Origin: Xylographa opegraphella
Taxonomy: Eukaryota
Direction: 5' to 3'
Assembly (NCBI GenBank): GCA_022813865.1
Contig: JALDZX010000001.1
Location: 620,001-684,000 of the forward strand
DNA length: 64,000 nt
Shown: piece after piece, positions 63,015-64,000 of the stretch
How positions within the stretch are numbered: position 1 is the first letter of the stretch
How the letters are laid out: every line of letters starts with the position of its first letter
Translations under genes and position numbers: made by a program
The notes under the pieces: generated by a model
Databases searched by the model: none
The model's input: the letters and a program-made list of their open reading frames with translations, nothing else
Told to the model about the DNA's origin: nothing

Positions 63015-63540
63015 GTGCGCAAAAGCGAGTGTGCGTTTTTGCGGAGGAGTCCCTGGAGCATCTCGGTCAACAGTCACTCACTCTGCTTACTTCGGGCTTA
63101 TTCTTCTCTGTCTGCCGCGCAAAAACAGTGAATGCTGTTCTGGCCCGATTCTTCCTGCATTATCCACCATTACTTCTGTGACATACTGGATACTACCTGA
63201 TTCACTTCATCGGATCACGTAGTGCTTATTTCACTTCCATTAATCACGTCATGCCGAACCAGCTTTCTGTCTACGGATTTCGTGGCAATACTTCGGGATG
63301 TTAATATATTGTTATTTGATAGCGCCGCTACCGTTCTGGCATAAACGTTCACTTTTGTGTAATAATACGACAGAGAAGATAAGATCAAGGTGAGAATTAC
63401 AGTGCATACTGCCGCAGAGTTCGAGACCAACGTTTGATTCGTGTCAACAAGGATTCTCACGATTACGCTAAGATATCTTCTGTATTATCACCGTCCATCA
63501 CACTCTCAACATGTGCATATTGCTTACAAACGGAAACATC

Positions 63541-64000
63541 TCAACGGTCTTCGGTGCTTTGCTCTTGCACAGCGTCATAGAAAGCGTCAACCGCAAACAG
63601 TTCCATAATCTGGGGATCTCCTGACTGTAATGCCAGGTCCGTCATTGTATGACCTTGGCTGTTCTTGAGGTCAGTACTCGCGCCAGCTCGCAGCAATTCC
63701 CGGAGCACGTCATAGGAGTGAGTGATTATGGAATGGGCCGTTGCGGAATCCCCGCCCACGTTCACGAGATCTAGTGCGGCGCCTTCCGATATCAAATGCG
63801 CGGTCGATCTCCAGTGGTTTCTCCTCGCAGCGTACATTAGTGGAGTGTCGCCGTCATCGTCGATCGTGTTTATCTCATGCGTTGTGGCCATGATAGCATC
63901 GAGAAGCTGAACGTTGTCCTGGTTCTTGCAAGCAATGTGTAAAGCCGTGCCGCCAAAAGCGTCTCGCAGATCCGTCCTGGCACCATGAGACAACATGAGC
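63541..64000 (-). CDS. Ankyrin-repeat protein, 3' end only
   Basis: Ankyrin units GGTALHIAC, GDTPLMYAA, GDSATAHS..LLRAGA. The ORF runs off the window edge. Confidence 0.9.
   Translation of the reverse strand, partial: LMLSHGARTDLRDAFGGTALHIACKNQDNVQLLDAIMATTHEINTIDDDGDTPLMYAARRNHWRSTAHLISEGAALDLVNVGGDSATAHSIITHSYDVLRELLRAGASTDLKNSQGHTMTDLALQSGDPQIMELFAVDAFYDAVQEQSTEDR

Noticed and set aside
63369..63395. ACAGAGAAGAT resembling U6 snRNA
   Set aside because: The following sequence lacks TAGCATGGCCCCTG; a chance match.

Overview
Gene-dense window from a filamentous ascomycete (Pezizomycotina-type): short GT-AG introns with CTRAC branch sites and typical fungal housekeeping genes. I can support about 23 protein-coding loci, with exon structures traced by hand. 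Recognisable genes are VPS10 (3' part), TMA22/DENR, an ORT1-like mitochondrial carrier, CGR1, a REG1-like protein, ELMO/CED-12, an atypical SDR, CDD1, kinesin-3 (UNC-104/KIF1 type), LRG1 LIM-RhoGAP, ERG26, a Zn2Cys6 factor, a UBE2Z-like E2, an AlkB dioxygenase and the 3' end of an ankyrin protein. There is also a 5-exon secreted Cys-rich protein that the ORF track misses, and an orphan-rich block at about 31.9-43.3 kb. I found no intact transposon, rRNA, confident tRNA, CRISPR array or biosynthetic cluster, and I cannot claim a clearly new multi-gene system. The most unusual signals are: (1) repeated GC-rich islands whose + strand switches from C-rich to G-rich regardless of gene orientation, apparently even reshaping protein sequence; (2) the effector-like secreted protein; (3) an SDR lacking its catalytic YxxxK; (4) a tandem-UBC E2; (5) the orphan/F-box block; (6) a degenerate tRNA-like element flanked by a short direct repeat. 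All family assignments come from motif recognition, not database searches.
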